A stretch of DNA of 64,000 nt from Polyangia bacterium (GCA_050287845.1 JBNKCR010000026.1:18353-82352), one strand, 5' to 3'. Positions 48,286 through 59,787 are shown, counted from the first letter of the stretch. The notes: generated by a model not told the origin, from the letters alone. Numbers and translations: made by a program.

Positions 48286-49584
48286 ATGTTAGCAGGGATA
48301 ATTGATCGCATTAGAAAGACAAATCAGAAATATGTTATCGGAGGTTGGGCCTATCATGAAAAGGATGACGTTCGGAATCAAGTAACCTTTCAGACGTCCT
48401 CTCCTTCGGAAATTCAATTTGTTCGCATTGAGAGAACTGATTCACGATATTCGGCTGAAATAGGATTCGAAAGCGAGATCAGTCTTCATACCCTGACTTT
48501 GCTTCTTCTGGGTACTATTCAGATAGAGGCGACATATGACACCGATCGAATCACGCTTGATTTCTGGAAAAAATGCAGGGAAAAAGCGAACTGGTTTATA
48601 ATCGGTGACTGGCTGTTTCCAGATGTCTCTCCGGAAACGGTTGAGCAATATTGCCGAAAAAGTGTTGAGAACCTTCTTTCACAATCTACCGGGGGAATCG
48701 ATTCGGTTTGTGAAGGGACCGTAATTTCGACGGGTTCAAAATCAATTTTTGAAGATGTGATAGTTGGAACAGATGGCTACCTGTTTTTGTTCAAGGGATC
48801 AAACCGAATTCATGATCAATATCTGATTGAACCTCCACCTCAACTCGTCGACAGCTGGGTCAAACGAATCGAAATGAGGCAGGAAATATGCAAAAACAAA
48901 AATGTGAAATTTCTGCAGCTAGTCATTCCCGAGAAACAGAGTATCTGTAACGACAGGTTTCCCATTCGAATTGAAAAGAACACCAGGCTCTATCAAAAAA
49001 TTGTCAAACGGATATCCGCGAATGAGTACTTTCTTGATGCAGATGCGTGCCTGAGAGACGCCTACTCAAACGGAGAGAGTGTCTATCGAAAAATTGATAC
49101 TCACTTTTCCCTTGGCGGGGTTACGGCAGTGATGAAACTGTGCCTGGAAAAACTCGGTTTTTCCATGACAATTAATCGGGATAAAATAACTGAAACTTAT
49201 AGACGAGGAGACTTGGGACAAAAATTTTTTCGCGATGGAGAATTTGTCGAAAAAGTTGCTATCCCTGATTACAACTACATTGTTGGCGCTTCAGATGATG
49301 TATCTGAACTTAAGGCTGTTGATGTGCAAAGGCATATTGGAAATGAAAGAAGCTGGAGAAATGAAATTGCACCGTTCGATCTTAAAATATTGATATTCGG
49401 CAATTCATTCTTTGAGCGAGGAGCTGATCCTTTATGTTTGTCGTACTGGTTTTGCCGACTGTTTAAAAATGTCTATTTTCTGTGGTTGCCAGAAATGAAA
49501 CCTGAACTGATCGATCAATATGAACCAGATGTCGTTTTCTGCCAAACCAACGAACGCTTTTTGCCTGCGGTGCCAGGATTATAG
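48286..49584 (+). CDS. AlgJ/AlgX-like SGNH O-acetyltransferase-related protein with an N-terminal Ig-like module
   Basis: G.DGYLFL, VIPEK, Y.K.DTHF (DxH), GDLG, IFGNSF, PDVV....ERF. Confidence 0.7.
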   Translation: MLAGIIDRIRKTNQKYVIGGWAYHEKDDVRNQVTFQTSSPSEIQFVRIERTDSRYSAEIGFESEISLHTLTLLLLGTIQIEATYDTDRITLDFWKKCREKANWFIIGDWLFPDVSPETVEQYCRKSVENLLSQSTGGIDSVCEGTVISTGSKSIFEDVIVGTDGYLFLFKGSNRIHDQYLIEPPPQLVDSWVKRIEMRQEICKNKNVKFLQLVIPEKQSICNDRFPIRIEKNTRLYQKIVKRISANEYFLDADACLRDAYSNGESVYRKIDTHFSLGGVTAVMKLCLEKLGFSMTINRDKITETYRRGDLGQKFFRDGEFVEKVAIPDYNYIVGASDDVSELKAVDVQRHIGNERSWRNEIAPFDLKILIFGNSFFERGADPLCLSYWFCRLFKNVYFLWLPEMKPELIDQYEPDVVFCQTNERFLPAVPGL

Positions 49585-49613
49585 CCAGCAGCAAATTTTG
49601 CTCCTGGTTGCAT

Positions 49614-50534
49614 TCATATCTGACGAACTTTTTTTAGCCAATCGTAGGTTCTCGTAACGCCCTCATTTAAACCAATCTCCGGCTGCCATTGAAACGTTCG
49701 TTTCGCTTTTGAGATGTCCAACACTGACTTTTGAACATCATACGATCTGGCCGCTCGAAACGTTGGACGGAAGTCAATATCAGTAACCTCTCTGATGACC
49801 TCGATCACTTGTCGAATGGTATTCCCAGCCCCCATACCCGCATTAAAAACACCAGTTATGTCACTTTGGACTGCAAACCGACATAAAGCGGCCAAATCCT
49901 TGACATAGATAAAATCCCGAACAACACTGCCGTCTCCCCATACTTCTATTGATTCGCCATTGAGAATATTTTCCAGGAATGTTCCAATCACTCCCTGTAC
50001 ACCAGTATGCCCCTGTCGCTCGCCATATGGGTTAGAGGGTCTTAAAATGAGGGGTTGAATACTGTACAGATGCTGATGCATAAACAGATACTTTTCAATC
50101 GCAACCTTAACCACACCATAAGAACATATAGGATTGAGCGGATGTGTCTCCGGGATAGGATCCAGTTGTGGATAACCGTATACAGTTCCCCCGGAAGAAA
50201 GATAAACAATACGGGACACGCCTTCCTGTTTCATTATCTGAAGCAGATTGACCGTACCAACTAAATTGTTCTGAATATCTCCGATGGGATCCATATTTGA
50301 TGTCAACGGGACTGTACTGCTAAGCAGATGAACTACCACATCAATCCCCATGAGCGCTTCTGCAACGGCTGCAGTATCGCTGAACTCATGAATTCGATAA
50401 TCGACATCACCCAATGGCTCCCGGAACTTTTCCTTAAATCGGTCAAAAATGCGAACATGGCAACCATTCATAAGTAACTCATCGACGATATGAGACCCAA
50501 TGAAACCATTTCCTCCAATGACTAACACCTTCAT
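49614..50534 (-). CDS. NAD-dependent epimerase/dehydratase
   Basis: GGNGFIGSH, SSGGTVYG, YGVVK, R.SNPYG, RDFIYV.D; ATG at 50534. Confidence 0.93.
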   Translation of the reverse strand: MKVLVIGGNGFIGSHIVDELLMNGCHVRIFDRFKEKFREPLGDVDYRIHEFSDTAAVAEALMGIDVVVHLLSSTVPLTSNMDPIGDIQNNLVGTVNLLQIMKQEGVSRIVYLSSGGTVYGYPQLDPIPETHPLNPICSYGVVKVAIEKYLFMHQHLYSIQPLILRPSNPYGERQGHTGVQGVIGTFLENILNGESIEVWGDGSVVRDFIYVKDLAALCRFAVQSDITGVFNAGMGAGNTIRQVIEVIREVTDIDFRPTFRAARSYDVQKSVLDISKAKRTFQWQPEIGLNEGVTRTYDWLKKVRQI

Positions 50535-50714
50535 ATTTTTATCTCGTCCTAAATTCCTGACAAAAAGAATGTCCTCAGTCAATCGCCCCACTTCGCCAGG
50601 CGCATAGCGCTCTTGCAAATAGCGACAGTTCCGGACTTACCTTCGCTGATATGCAAGATAAATTATTTTCAGTAGGTATCGCGCCCTTATCATATCAATG
50701 TTTATCCGCCCGCT

Positions 50715-51491
50715 TCAGCAGACTTTCTCAACACATTCTTTGTTTAGATCAATGCGGAATTCAACTGGTTTATATTTGTCCACCCCTTTTTGAATTCTAT
50801 CCTCAAGTTGATCAATCAGCACTTCAATATCCCACAAATCCAACCCGGATAAAATGTCGGGGCCATACTCCCACCATCGAATTGCCAACAAACGACTGAC
50901 TATATTTTCACTGAATTTTAAGCGAATAGGCTTTGCGGGCACACCCCCGACAATTGTATAGGGCGGAACGTCATTTGTAACAACTGCACCTGCAGCAACG
51001 ATCGCACCATCGCCAATCACTACGCCACGGCTAATAATTGCACCATAGCCAATCCAACAATCGTTGCCCACAACAATCCGCTTTGACCACCTCTCAAGGG
51101 ATTGCACATTCCTCTTCTGTGCCAGTTTTGTCCAACCATTGTCTTCATAGAGATTATGAAATTTTTCATGCCATCCAATGTCCCACGCACCAAACATCGG
51201 ATGAGGTGAAATAAATTGGGTAGAATGCGCTCCTATTCCAGCAATGACATGCTGAGCAATCATTGTAAATCTTCCAATAGATTCAACATATCTCAATAAA
51301 GAGTAATCTCCAATGGTAGCAAAAGCGCCAACTTTATGCACGTCCATCCGAGGGCTGGTGTAGAACCTTACAGGAGTTTCAAGAATCACCTCGGCAAGCC
51401 CACCATCGAGGCCAAGTTGAACATTATTTTTAATTTCAACGCCCCCCCCTGAAGGCGTCTGAAAATCAAATTGGTGACGATGAATAAGCAT
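50715..51491 (-). CDS. Hexapeptide-repeat (CatB/Vat-like) O-acetyltransferase
   Basis: [43 protein letters not shown]. Confidence 0.9.
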   Translation of the reverse strand: MLIHRHQFDFQTPSGGGVEIKNNVQLGLDGGLAEVILETPVRFYTSPRMDVHKVGAFATIGDYSLLRYVESIGRFTMIAQHVIAGIGAHSTQFISPHPMFGAWDIGWHEKFHNLYEDNGWTKLAQKRNVQSLERWSKRIVVGNDCWIGYGAIISRGVVIGDGAIVAAGAVVTNDVPPYTIVGGVPAKPIRLKFSENIVSRLLAIRWWEYGPDILSGLDLWDIEVLIDQLEDRIQKGVDKYKPVEFRIDLNKECVEKVC

Positions 51492-51506
51492 TCTGAATTC
51501 CGCCGC

Positions 51507-54500
51507 TCATTTCTGGTGGCCGCTATACGCGACGCCAACTATTCTTTTGACAAAATCACCGACCGGATCTTCGGGCAGATACGAAAGAGCGCTCGAACGC
51601 GCGCGTAAACCAAATTTCTCCCAGTCTGCGCGATGTGCCCATGCTCTCTCCAGTGCATCCTCCACTTCCGCAACTTCAGGAAATTTCGCGATGAATCCAT
51701 TATATTCGTCTGTCACAACTTCTGCCGCGCCACCGATATCTGTTACCACCGGGACTCTCCCCGCCACCATAGCGCTGATTAGAACAATCGGCATGCCTTC
51801 CATCCGCGACGGCATAAGTATGGCATGACAGTTCAACCAGATATCTTTGATGTCTTCCACCCGGCCGTGAAATTGGAATTTTTCGATACCGGCGTCCTGC
51901 GATTGTTGTGCCAGAAGGTCTCCGTCTGGACCTTCTCCATAAAAATGCACCGTCACATCTCTACCTTTCCATTTTTCGGAAGCAAAAATTGGAATCAGAA
52001 TGTCTTGCCCCTTATGGACGAAAAGCAACTTCGCTGGAACCGCGATACGGTAACCATCATCCATCGGTGGCAATGGAATTGGTTCACTCGCGTCAATGTG
52101 GAATGGGTTGAAGTGAATCTCGCCACTTTCCAATTTAAAACCAAGACGATTTTCCATCAATTTCATATTGTTGATTGATGTAAAAAAAGCCAACCGCGCG
52201 GTACGGTATGCATTCTGGAGCATCGGCGTTTTATCTTCACGCAACCGCCAATATTTAGGGTGTTTGGTTAATTGATTGACGATGACAAACGGAATACCTT
52301 TTTCAATCAATTCAGGAAAATATTCTCCGCCTTCATCCTGGTCTCCAGTGGAAATCACTACCAGATCCGGTTGGAGTTCAACTATCCTTGCAAATCCATC
52401 GTACTGTTTATAAAAAACACGAATTCCAAGATTATTGAAACCGTCCTCAAATGGCGGCCTCGGCGCCCATCTTCTAATCAGAGTAACGACATCGTGACCC
52501 TGTTCTGCAAGTCGACTTGCACTGTCCCGCCAGAGCACTTCACTTCCGCCATTCCAGGATCCATTATTCGTTGTAATAAAGGCAATCCGCCGACGGCCCT
52601 GAGCTCTGAGCTTTGACTCACGAATCGTTTGTTCCAGGAATGGATAATCCAGATTGCTGTGATATCCGTCAATTTTGTAGTCTCGCTCGACAAATTCCGC
52701 AAACCGATCCACTTCTTTGGGCAGCAACCGAAAACTCTCCGATATATAGCTGTGTATCAGCGAGAGTTCATCGAGATAGCCACTTGTTGATTTTTTTTGG
52801 ACAGTTTGGCTATTCGCATGTCTCCGAAAATAGTTCAACGAATCCGAAATGAATGATATCCGTCCGGTTTTAAGAATGTGCGCATAGAGCCACCAATCGC
52901 CACAACTGGCAAACCGGGATAATCCTCGATCAACATCCATTAAACACGAACGTCTCATCAGTACTGCGCTGACGTTTGGGATACAATTTCTATAACCGAG
53001 TCCCAACGCAATTTCATCGCGCCCAGCAGCGGTGTAATCTTTGCACCAACGTGTTTTTGAGAGCCCATCTGTATGATGCAAATTATTCTCTGCTGTGACC
53101 TGACCTTCTGAATCGATTCTTTTCGACTGACAATATATTAGAGATACATCGTCCTTGTCTTTTGTAAGCAACGTCGATAAGAATTCCGGACTAGCGGAGT
53201 CATCTGCTTCAGCAATCCAAACCCATTTTCCAGTTGACTCTTTTATACCTTTGAGCCACTGCGAATATATTCCAGCGTTACTCTCGTTGACCAGAATTCT
53301 GAAAGGAATACCACTCGCCGATAACAATCTTTTTGCGACTTCTACGCTATCGTCTGAGGACGCATCGTCCAGAAAGATAATTTCTTTCGGAGTATGATTT
53401 TGTCGTAGTATGCTATTTATTCTCTCCGGAAGGTACTTTGAATAATTGTAGTTTGGAATTACCACAGAAACGGAAAGATCCTCTTCTAATTCGCACACTC
53501 CATCAGCCGGTGCTGGCTTTGCATCCAGCACAGTATTTATGGTGGCATTCAACTTATTTTTAAGGATATCCATAGAGAAATTCTGTACCGCACGCCACCT
53601 CGCAGCTTCTGCCATCCTTCTATACAGAACTGGATCCTCGAACAATTCTTGAAGGGGCTCAAGTGCATTCAATGGCTCCCGGTATGGCACAATGTACCCC
53701 GTCTCAGAATGTTCTATGAGTTCAGGTAATGCGCCGTAGTCGTACGCAATCACGGGACGACCAGCTGCCATCGCTTCTGCAATGGTTCGTCCAAAAGATT
53801 CAGCAAAGTGGGAAAAATTTATTACTACATGGAGTGAACGAAGTGCATCTCTGGGTTCGTTGACATATCCTACAAATTCGATATTGGGAGGAATCCGTTC
53901 ATATTTCAATTCTTCTTTCAGAGCCGTGAGTTCAGGCGTATCCGGTCCAACCAAAGTAAATACTATGTCTGGTAACTTTTCACGAGCTGCCTTAGCTAAA
54001 TCAACGAAATCTGCGATTCCCTTCTTCAACAAATTGCTTGATAGCAATCCAACACGGAAAGGCCGAATTTCCGGGTTGAGAACTTCCAAATGCAGTTTCT
54101 TCACATCCACGGCATTATAAACCAGAAACGTTCGATTATCATGATGAAATACCTGATGTGTGAACTTCGAATTCACTACCAAATATTCCGCCCTTTTCTT
54201 CACCTTCTCGATTATAGTATTTGCTGGCTCGCCAATTGCTTTTAATAATGCTTCGTCACGATCGATAACTTCCCTTACATGACAGATCGAACGAACCTGT
54301 TGCCGATCTGCGGCAACAAGTGGTTCACGCAGCATTATCGTATTCACATATACCAATTCGACTGTGTACTCTGTTATGATTTTCTGAAAGTCATTCACCA
54401 GTTCCTCGTTGAGGGATGAATCCTTCAACCACCAGCATTTTCGGGTGGATACAATTACGTCTGCAAAGGAAATCAGTCGTTCAGCATATTCCCGGTTTGG

Positions 54501-55238
54501 CTTGGGCAAAGCAATTATCAACTTGAATTTTTGTCGATCGATCGACGCCGCCAAGTCCAAAAAACTCAACTCACCACCAAACAAACCATCACTTGCGTTA
54601 TGGGCAACCAGCAGCACCGATACACGACGATCGCTGTGAGCATCCCTGCCGGACGAAGAATCTGCCTGTTTTCTTTCATGGAGAGTCACTACTCTTTCGC
54701 GCGGTGCGCGGAGGAGCAATTCTTTTGAATAAAACCCATTTTGAAATTTCAGGTAGTGGCCAGGACGAATCTCCAGCGCGTGGGTTTGGTCGTCAGTAAA
54801 TTCTTTGGGGATAGGAATGGCAAAACTTCTCTTTCCATCTCCATAGCCTGCTCGCCGCAAATCCTCTCGAAAAATTGACGCTTTGGCAGAAGCGATAAAC
54901 TGGTTATCGATAAACAGAAATATATCGAGAAATTCATCCGTTGAAGTTGTACAATATGCCCAGCCAAAAACTTTTCCATCCGAATAAAAATCTATATTTC
55001 CAATCGAATCTGGAAACACGTCCAGATCAGAGCCCAACCCACCCGCGGAGGGAAGCGATTCAATCGGGGACGATCCAGTTTTTTTATCGGTCAGCAGTCG
55101 CTTTTTCGCCAGCTCAATATTACAGGAAATCGTGAACGCCATTTCGGGGATTTCTCTTTTCACAACCCCCCAGAGCTCAATGGCTTTCTGATAATTACCG
55201 TTCCGAAATGTTTCGTTTGCTTTTTTCAGAATACTCAT
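51507..55238 (-). CDS. Tri-domain glycosyltransferase (GT4-GT2-GT4) with N-terminal TPR-like and Ig-like modules
   Basis: ESFGR..AEAM (GT4); VVIPNYNY, DDASSD, WIAEADD (GT2); GGSE.LW, PSRMEGMP (GT4). Confidence 0.9.
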   Translation of the reverse strand: MSILKKANETFRNGNYQKAIELWGVVKREIPEMAFTISCNIELAKKRLLTDKKTGSSPIESLPSAGGLGSDLDVFPDSIGNIDFYSDGKVFGWAYCTTSTDEFLDIFLFIDNQFIASAKASIFREDLRRAGYGDGKRSFAIPIPKEFTDDQTHALEIRPGHYLKFQNGFYSKELLLRAPRERVVTLHERKQADSSSGRDAHSDRRVSVLLVAHNASDGLFGGELSFLDLAASIDRQKFKLIIALPKPNREYAERLISFADVIVSTRKCWWLKDSSLNEELVNDFQKIITEYTVELVYVNTIMLREPLVAADRQQVRSICHVREVIDRDEALLKAIGEPANTIIEKVKKRAEYLVVNSKFTHQVFHHDNRTFLVYNAVDVKKLHLEVLNPEIRPFRVGLLSSNLLKKGIADFVDLAKAAREKLPDIVFTLVGPDTPELTALKEELKYERIPPNIEFVGYVNEPRDALRSLHVVINFSHFAESFGRTIAEAMAAGRPVIAYDYGALPELIEHSETGYIVPYREPLNALEPLQELFEDPVLYRRMAEAARWRAVQNFSMDILKNKLNATINTVLDAKPAPADGVCELEEDLSVSVVIPNYNYSKYLPERINSILRQNHTPKEIIFLDDASSDDSVEVAKRLLSASGIPFRILVNESNAGIYSQWLKGIKESTGKWVWIAEADDSASPEFLSTLLTKDKDDVSLIYCQSKRIDSEGQVTAENNLHHTDGLSKTRWCKDYTAAGRDEIALGLGYRNCIPNVSAVLMRRSCLMDVDRGLSRFASCGDWWLYAHILKTGRISFISDSLNYFRRHANSQTVQKKSTSGYLDELSLIHSYISESFRLLPKEVDRFAEFVERDYKIDGYHSNLDYPFLEQTIRESKLRAQGRRRIAFITTNNGSWNGGSEVLWRDSASRLAEQGHDVVTLIRRWAPRPPFEDGFNNLGIRVFYKQYDGFARIVELQPDLVVISTGDQDEGGEYFPELIEKGIPFVIVNQLTKHPKYWRLREDKTPMLQNAYRTARLAFFTSINNMKLMENRLGFKLESGEIHFNPFHIDASEPIPLPPMDDGYRIAVPAKLLFVHKGQDILIPIFASEKWKGRDVTVHFYGEGPDGDLLAQQSQDAGIEKFQFHGRVEDIKDIWLNCHAILMPSRMEGMPIVLISAMVAGRVPVVTDIGGAAEVVTDEYNGFIAKFPEVAEVEDALERAWAHRADWEKFGLRARSSALSYLPEDPVGDFVKRIVGVAYSGHQK

Positions 55239-55829
55239 ATGTTCGTTCTATTCAGTTTTAAATATGGAAAATGCCGCTTACGTTTTATATATATGAGAAA
55301 GCAATACAATCTTGACCAGTAGCTTGGCAATCAATAATTAATTTTTATGCAAAACAAATGACAGACATGGTTCCTTTCCCCAGTCATCGTGCCGGAATGG
55401 ATGAACAACTCAGTTAATCTGACCAACACACCCAGTTTCCAGGGTGCTCCGAGTATGCAGAGATTGATGCATTCACCATATATTCGAGGCGTGCCAACTA
55501 CACACACGAATCAAAAAGCGACGTCCCAACAAACCATTTTCGCCCAGAATTGCATCATCCCAAAAACTCAGTTTATAGATTGAATCCAAAGAACTGTTTG
55601 TGTGTGGTATATATTTTTGAGGTGTTGATGGATCAATGCGGATCAGAATGTTACCCCTCAACCCTGGCCTACAAACATTCTGAATCAAAAACCGAAACAA
55701 AGCTTGACCGAAATAATAAATAGTATTAGTAAGTATCTGAATCCATAAAACGATTGTTTAATAAACATTATTAGTTCTGTTCGTCAATTGCTTCAACAAA
55801 ATGTCAGAGCGGTCGTGAGAGAAACGTAA

Positions 55830-57050
55830 ATGCATTGGCAAGCATATCAATTTGTTCTCGAGGTTAAGTCTCTTTTCCCCCATTTTTTTATTGATTCGTC
55901 CGTACTGGAAATTGGCTCTCATGTCGTAAACGATAGCATTAGAGAACTTTTTCACACAGATACATATGTGGGTGTTGATTTATCCGCTGGAAACGGAGTG
56001 GATGTTATTGCATCTGGTCATGAGTTCAAGTCTTCCCAAAAGTTTGACATCGCAATTTCATGTGAGTGCTTTGAGCACAACCCCTACTACATGGAAACAT
56101 TAAAAAACATGATCGATCATACCCAGGACGACGGGCTAATCGTATTTTCGTGCGCCACTGCGGGGCGTCCCGAGCATGGTACATCAAAAACGGATCCCTC
56201 ATTGTCACCGGGAACATCCTCTCTGAACTGGGACTACTATAAAAACCTGACGGAATCGGATTTCAATGAGATTGATAGCCTGCTCAAACACCACCTGTTC
56301 ATCACCAATACCGCAAGCCACGACCTTTATTTCCTTGGAACAAAATCAGAAGCAATCGCCTCACAGCTGAGTGCTTATCAAAAAGAAATTGAAAAACGGA
56401 TAAAATTATTTGAACAGGTGACTTCGAACTTTCAAAAGATTGAATCTGAGCTCCCCACTCTGGTGAAACGCCCATTATGTCCGTTGTTGCTATTTGCGAT
56501 TCGACATCAGGCCGTAAACAAACAAATCATCCAGAACCGCTACTACCAATCAGCAATTTTCGAAGCATTCGAACAATGGCCAGATTCACCCAATATTGAG
56601 TACCTCATCTCAGAAATATACAACACTGAAAATCAACCCCATAAAGCCCTGGTATTCAGCCGACGCGCTTACAAGCAAAACCCGAACCCATTCTTTACCA
56701 ATTCATATGTCGAATGCCTCCGTAAATCCGGCAAATATGAAAAAGCATTTGAAACGCTAAAATCCATTCCAGAATTACATGAAAGTCATCCTCTTCTCTG
56801 GAAAGCCGCTGACTTATGTCTAAAATTGGCCAGTTATAATGAAGCGGACGATTACATCGACAAAGCGCTTGAAATGGATTTCCACAATGCCGTTTACTTG
56901 AACACCAAACGCATTATTTTAGAACACAGCAATCGCGTCGATGAAGCGACAACAGTTGCGAACCAAATTCTTGAATTGTCAGAATGTCCCGAATGGATCA
57001 GAACCGATTGTGAAAAATGGTTTGAATCACAGAGATATTATTCAGAATGA
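55830..57050 (+). CDS. SAM-dependent methyltransferase with C-terminal TPRs
   Basis: VLEIGS..VN, GVDL..G.GVD, SCECFEH.PY, GRPEHGT; TPR-like helices in the C-terminal half. Confidence 0.82.
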   Translation: MHWQAYQFVLEVKSLFPHFFIDSSVLEIGSHVVNDSIRELFHTDTYVGVDLSAGNGVDVIASGHEFKSSQKFDIAISCECFEHNPYYMETLKNMIDHTQDDGLIVFSCATAGRPEHGTSKTDPSLSPGTSSLNWDYYKNLTESDFNEIDSLLKHHLFITNTASHDLYFLGTKSEAIASQLSAYQKEIEKRIKLFEQVTSNFQKIESELPTLVKRPLCPLLLFAIRHQAVNKQIIQNRYYQSAIFEAFEQWPDSPNIEYLISEIYNTENQPHKALVFSRRAYKQNPNPFFTNSYVECLRKSGKYEKAFETLKSIPELHESHPLLWKAADLCLKLASYNEADDYIDKALEMDFHNAVYLNTKRIILEHSNRVDEATTVANQILELSECPEWIRTDCEKWFESQRYYSE

Positions 57051-57488
57051 TGATGTAAAGCAAAGGTCATGCCGGACTGCTCCCCACAAACGAATTGGTT
57101 CATAATCAGCGTGAGATATTCTTCATGACAGCATTAAGCTCGTTATCGTGGCTTCGAGCCATTGCTTCTTTCTGTAATTTTCACCCCGGGATGATGGGCC
57201 GAAAATCAGCGGGAAGAGAAGAGGCAATTCAAACACAAAATCTCGTTTTGAAAACCTGTGTTAAATTAGAGCATATCCTAAAAAACGAACTCGCTTGAGT
57301 TTGCGAGAAAAATTGCAGCGAGGCCTGGAATCACGGATGATGAAATGATAAAAATGTGCCGGAAAGAGATCTTGTTCAAAGTACAAGTCAGTTTCAAATC
57401 GACAATCCAATACCCATTCGACATAACTTGGGTAAATCAACAGAAATGCAGACAGCATGGTTCTGCTTTGTATGCTATGGGGTAAAAT

Positions 57489-59159
57489 TTGGAACAGATA
57501 TACAGCGAGTCTTTTTACGACCTTATTTCCAGAGAAAGTTACATAAGTGCCCGTGAAGTCCTTAGTCTTCTCTTTAAAAAACTGGATTACCGGATTGAGC
57601 GTATTCTGGACGTTGGGTGTGGTTTCGGAAGCTGGCTCGCTGCCGCTCGCGATTTGGGGATAGGCCACATAACAGGTACTGACGGCAACTATGTTCCGCG
57701 CGATCACTTGATGATTAAAGAGTCCGAATTTTTTCCAAATGATTTGTCCAAACCAAACGAGACCGAAATACCGTCAGGCAATTTTGACATGGTCTTATCT
57801 ATGGAGGTGGCTGAACATTTGGATGAATCCGCGGCTTCTGACTTTGTTGCCCTGTTGACCAAACATGCACCAGTAATTCTTTTTTCCGCTGCAATACCGT
57901 ATCAGGGCGGCCATTCTCACAGAAATGAAAACTGGCTTGAATATTGGGTTCATCAGTTTTTTGCGCATCGATTCGTTCCCGCAGATTTGTTGCGAGGAGA
58001 ACTGTGGCACAACGACAACGTCTGCTGGTGGTATCGTCAAAATGTGATTCTATTTGTCAGGGATGATATGACTAGTATTCTACCAGCAGACACGTCACAA
58101 CGTATGCCAGGCAGCATCATTCATCCATTACACTACATCAATGCGATACACAGGCCTAAAATAAAGCGCCGATATGGCCCCAAAAAGGATATGGAATTTT
58201 GGAACTCGTTGAAGGAGCCCCCAGGGGCTTTCAACCAACCCAATAGCTATGGTGAAGAATACTCGTACCAGCCGCCTGAAAACAGAGAAATAAGCACACT
58301 GGAAGAGTTAAGGGAATTCAATCAAAAAGCCAAAGATGCCGTCATAGCAGACGCACTGGCACCCATCAAATATAAAAACGTAGATGTGGCGCAAATACTG
58401 AAACAAAATTCAGAAACGCCCGGCCGCTTACCGGACTTTTTATGTATTGGGGTACAAAAAAGTGCCACAACCTGGTTATACGAGGTATTCAAATCACAGC
58501 CGTCATTGTGGGTTCCACCCATCAAGGAGCTGAATTTTTTCAACGCCATATCCTTTGAAAAGGACAGCGCATACTCCGGCAGTTGGCGACGAGACGCAGC
58601 CATCAGCAGACTTCGCACGGCACTGAATAATAATCCAAATCTTACCGTTGATTGGTTCAACTATCTCGTCCATCTGTGCTCTGAAGAAACCACGCTTGAG
58701 TGGTATAAGAAGGTGTTTGCCAAGGCCCCCAAAGACAGACTGGCAGGAGAAATAACACCTGAATATGCAATGCTTCCAAAAGAGACAATAGGATTGATAA
58801 AGGAATTGAATCCCGATATAAAAATTGTTCTGCTGCTGCGAACACCTGAAGACAGAAACCTTTCCCACTTAAAAATGATAAACGCTCGCGCGCCCGGGAT
58901 TTCCAAAGAGCTGAATCACAAAATCCTCGCCCTGAAAAGCATCCAGGCACGCTCGGACTACCCAACCATTACACAAAATTGGCAAACGTTTTTCGATGAG
59001 AGCCATTTCCTCTCCCTGGAGCTCAGCGAAATCGAATCAAATCCATCCAACGTCCTGGAAAAAATGTACAAATTTCTAAACGTAGATTTAAAGTGGCACA
59101 CCGTGATGAGTAAAAAGGTGTACGTCTCAGAAATGAAAAATGCCACGTTGAAAATCTAA
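57489..59159 (+). CDS. Methyltransferase-sulfotransferase fusion
   Basis: LDVGCG.G.WL, EVAEHL, FSAA.P.QGG..H.NE in the N-terminal half; PDF.CIG.QKSATTWL, KEL.FF, GEITPEY, LR.P.DR..SH in the C-terminal half. Confidence 0.85.
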   Translation: MEQIYSESFYDLISRESYISAREVLSLLFKKLDYRIERILDVGCGFGSWLAAARDLGIGHITGTDGNYVPRDHLMIKESEFFPNDLSKPNETEIPSGNFDMVLSMEVAEHLDESAASDFVALLTKHAPVILFSAAIPYQGGHSHRNENWLEYWVHQFFAHRFVPADLLRGELWHNDNVCWWYRQNVILFVRDDMTSILPADTSQRMPGSIIHPLHYINAIHRPKIKRRYGPKKDMEFWNSLKEPPGAFNQPNSYGEEYSYQPPENREISTLEELREFNQKAKDAVIADALAPIKYKNVDVAQILKQNSETPGRLPDFLCIGVQKSATTWLYEVFKSQPSLWVPPIKELNFFNAISFEKDSAYSGSWRRDAAISRLRTALNNNPNLTVDWFNYLVHLCSEETTLEWYKKVFAKAPKDRLAGEITPEYAMLPKETIGLIKELNPDIKIVLLLRTPEDRNLSHLKMINARAPGISKELNHKILALKSIQARSDYPTITQNWQTFFDESHFLSLELSEIESNPSNVLEKMYKFLNVDLKWHTVMSKKVYVSEMKNATLKI

Positions 59160-59412
59160 GAAGAAGGATTGGTGGCTGCACAGTCGCGTCTGTCAAATTT
59201 CTAAGGTACCCGGTTGTTATACATATTTGGTCAACGCCTGACTTAACAGGTAGATCAGTTCTTCCGTTGACCATGAATAGTCCCCTCCCTGCTCAAAATT
59301 GGACGACAAATCATAGTCAAATAGTGGAGTTATCAAACTAACAGAAAATGAATCCTCGATTTTTTCCAGTTGCCATCTGAATTTTTCATTGAACGCCTGA
59401 ATTCGGGGCGGT

Positions 59413-59787
59413 TCAGTTTACCCCATGGTAACTGAAACGGCGATAGTTGTTTTTAAATGTAAGCTGATTGAAGCCGCGGCCGCGATACTTGAAACCGTCA
59501 TTGAGACCATTGCCCCCTCGCTCGCCATAGACCTGATTGAAGAATGCCTCGGGATTTGCCTTGAGTGCGCGAAGTAGTTTATTGTCATTCCGGTAACGGC
59601 CCAGATGTTTTCCAAAGATTTTTCGAATGCGGGTATTGGAGGTTTTTCGATGCCTCTTTCTGTTTTGGTAACAAAGCGGGATTCCTTGGCGATACAGTAC
59701 AATATGCCGATGATTACTGACCCCAAAGTGCATCAGGAGATGCTTAATCGATCCCGCATGTAAATAAAATATTAATTCCATTGCCAA
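59413..59787 (-). pseudogene. Frameshifted, truncated GH19 (phage-type chitinase/lysozyme) gene
   Basis: One frame gives GILYCIAKESRF (HES-like catalytic motif); after a 1-bp slip the other frame gives YG.RGGN...DGFKYRGRGFNQLT.KNNY and then stops. Confidence 0.75.

Noticed and set aside
50715..51491. Antibiotic resistance gene (catB/vat)
   Set aside because: The hexapeptide fold is shared, but the position between a GT and an epimerase favours sugar O-acetylation.
55473..55700. YKLSFWDDAIL resembles a PIN/VapC toxin motif
   Set aside because: It is a single short motif with no N-terminal acidic PIN motif or antitoxin; at most an unprovable relic.
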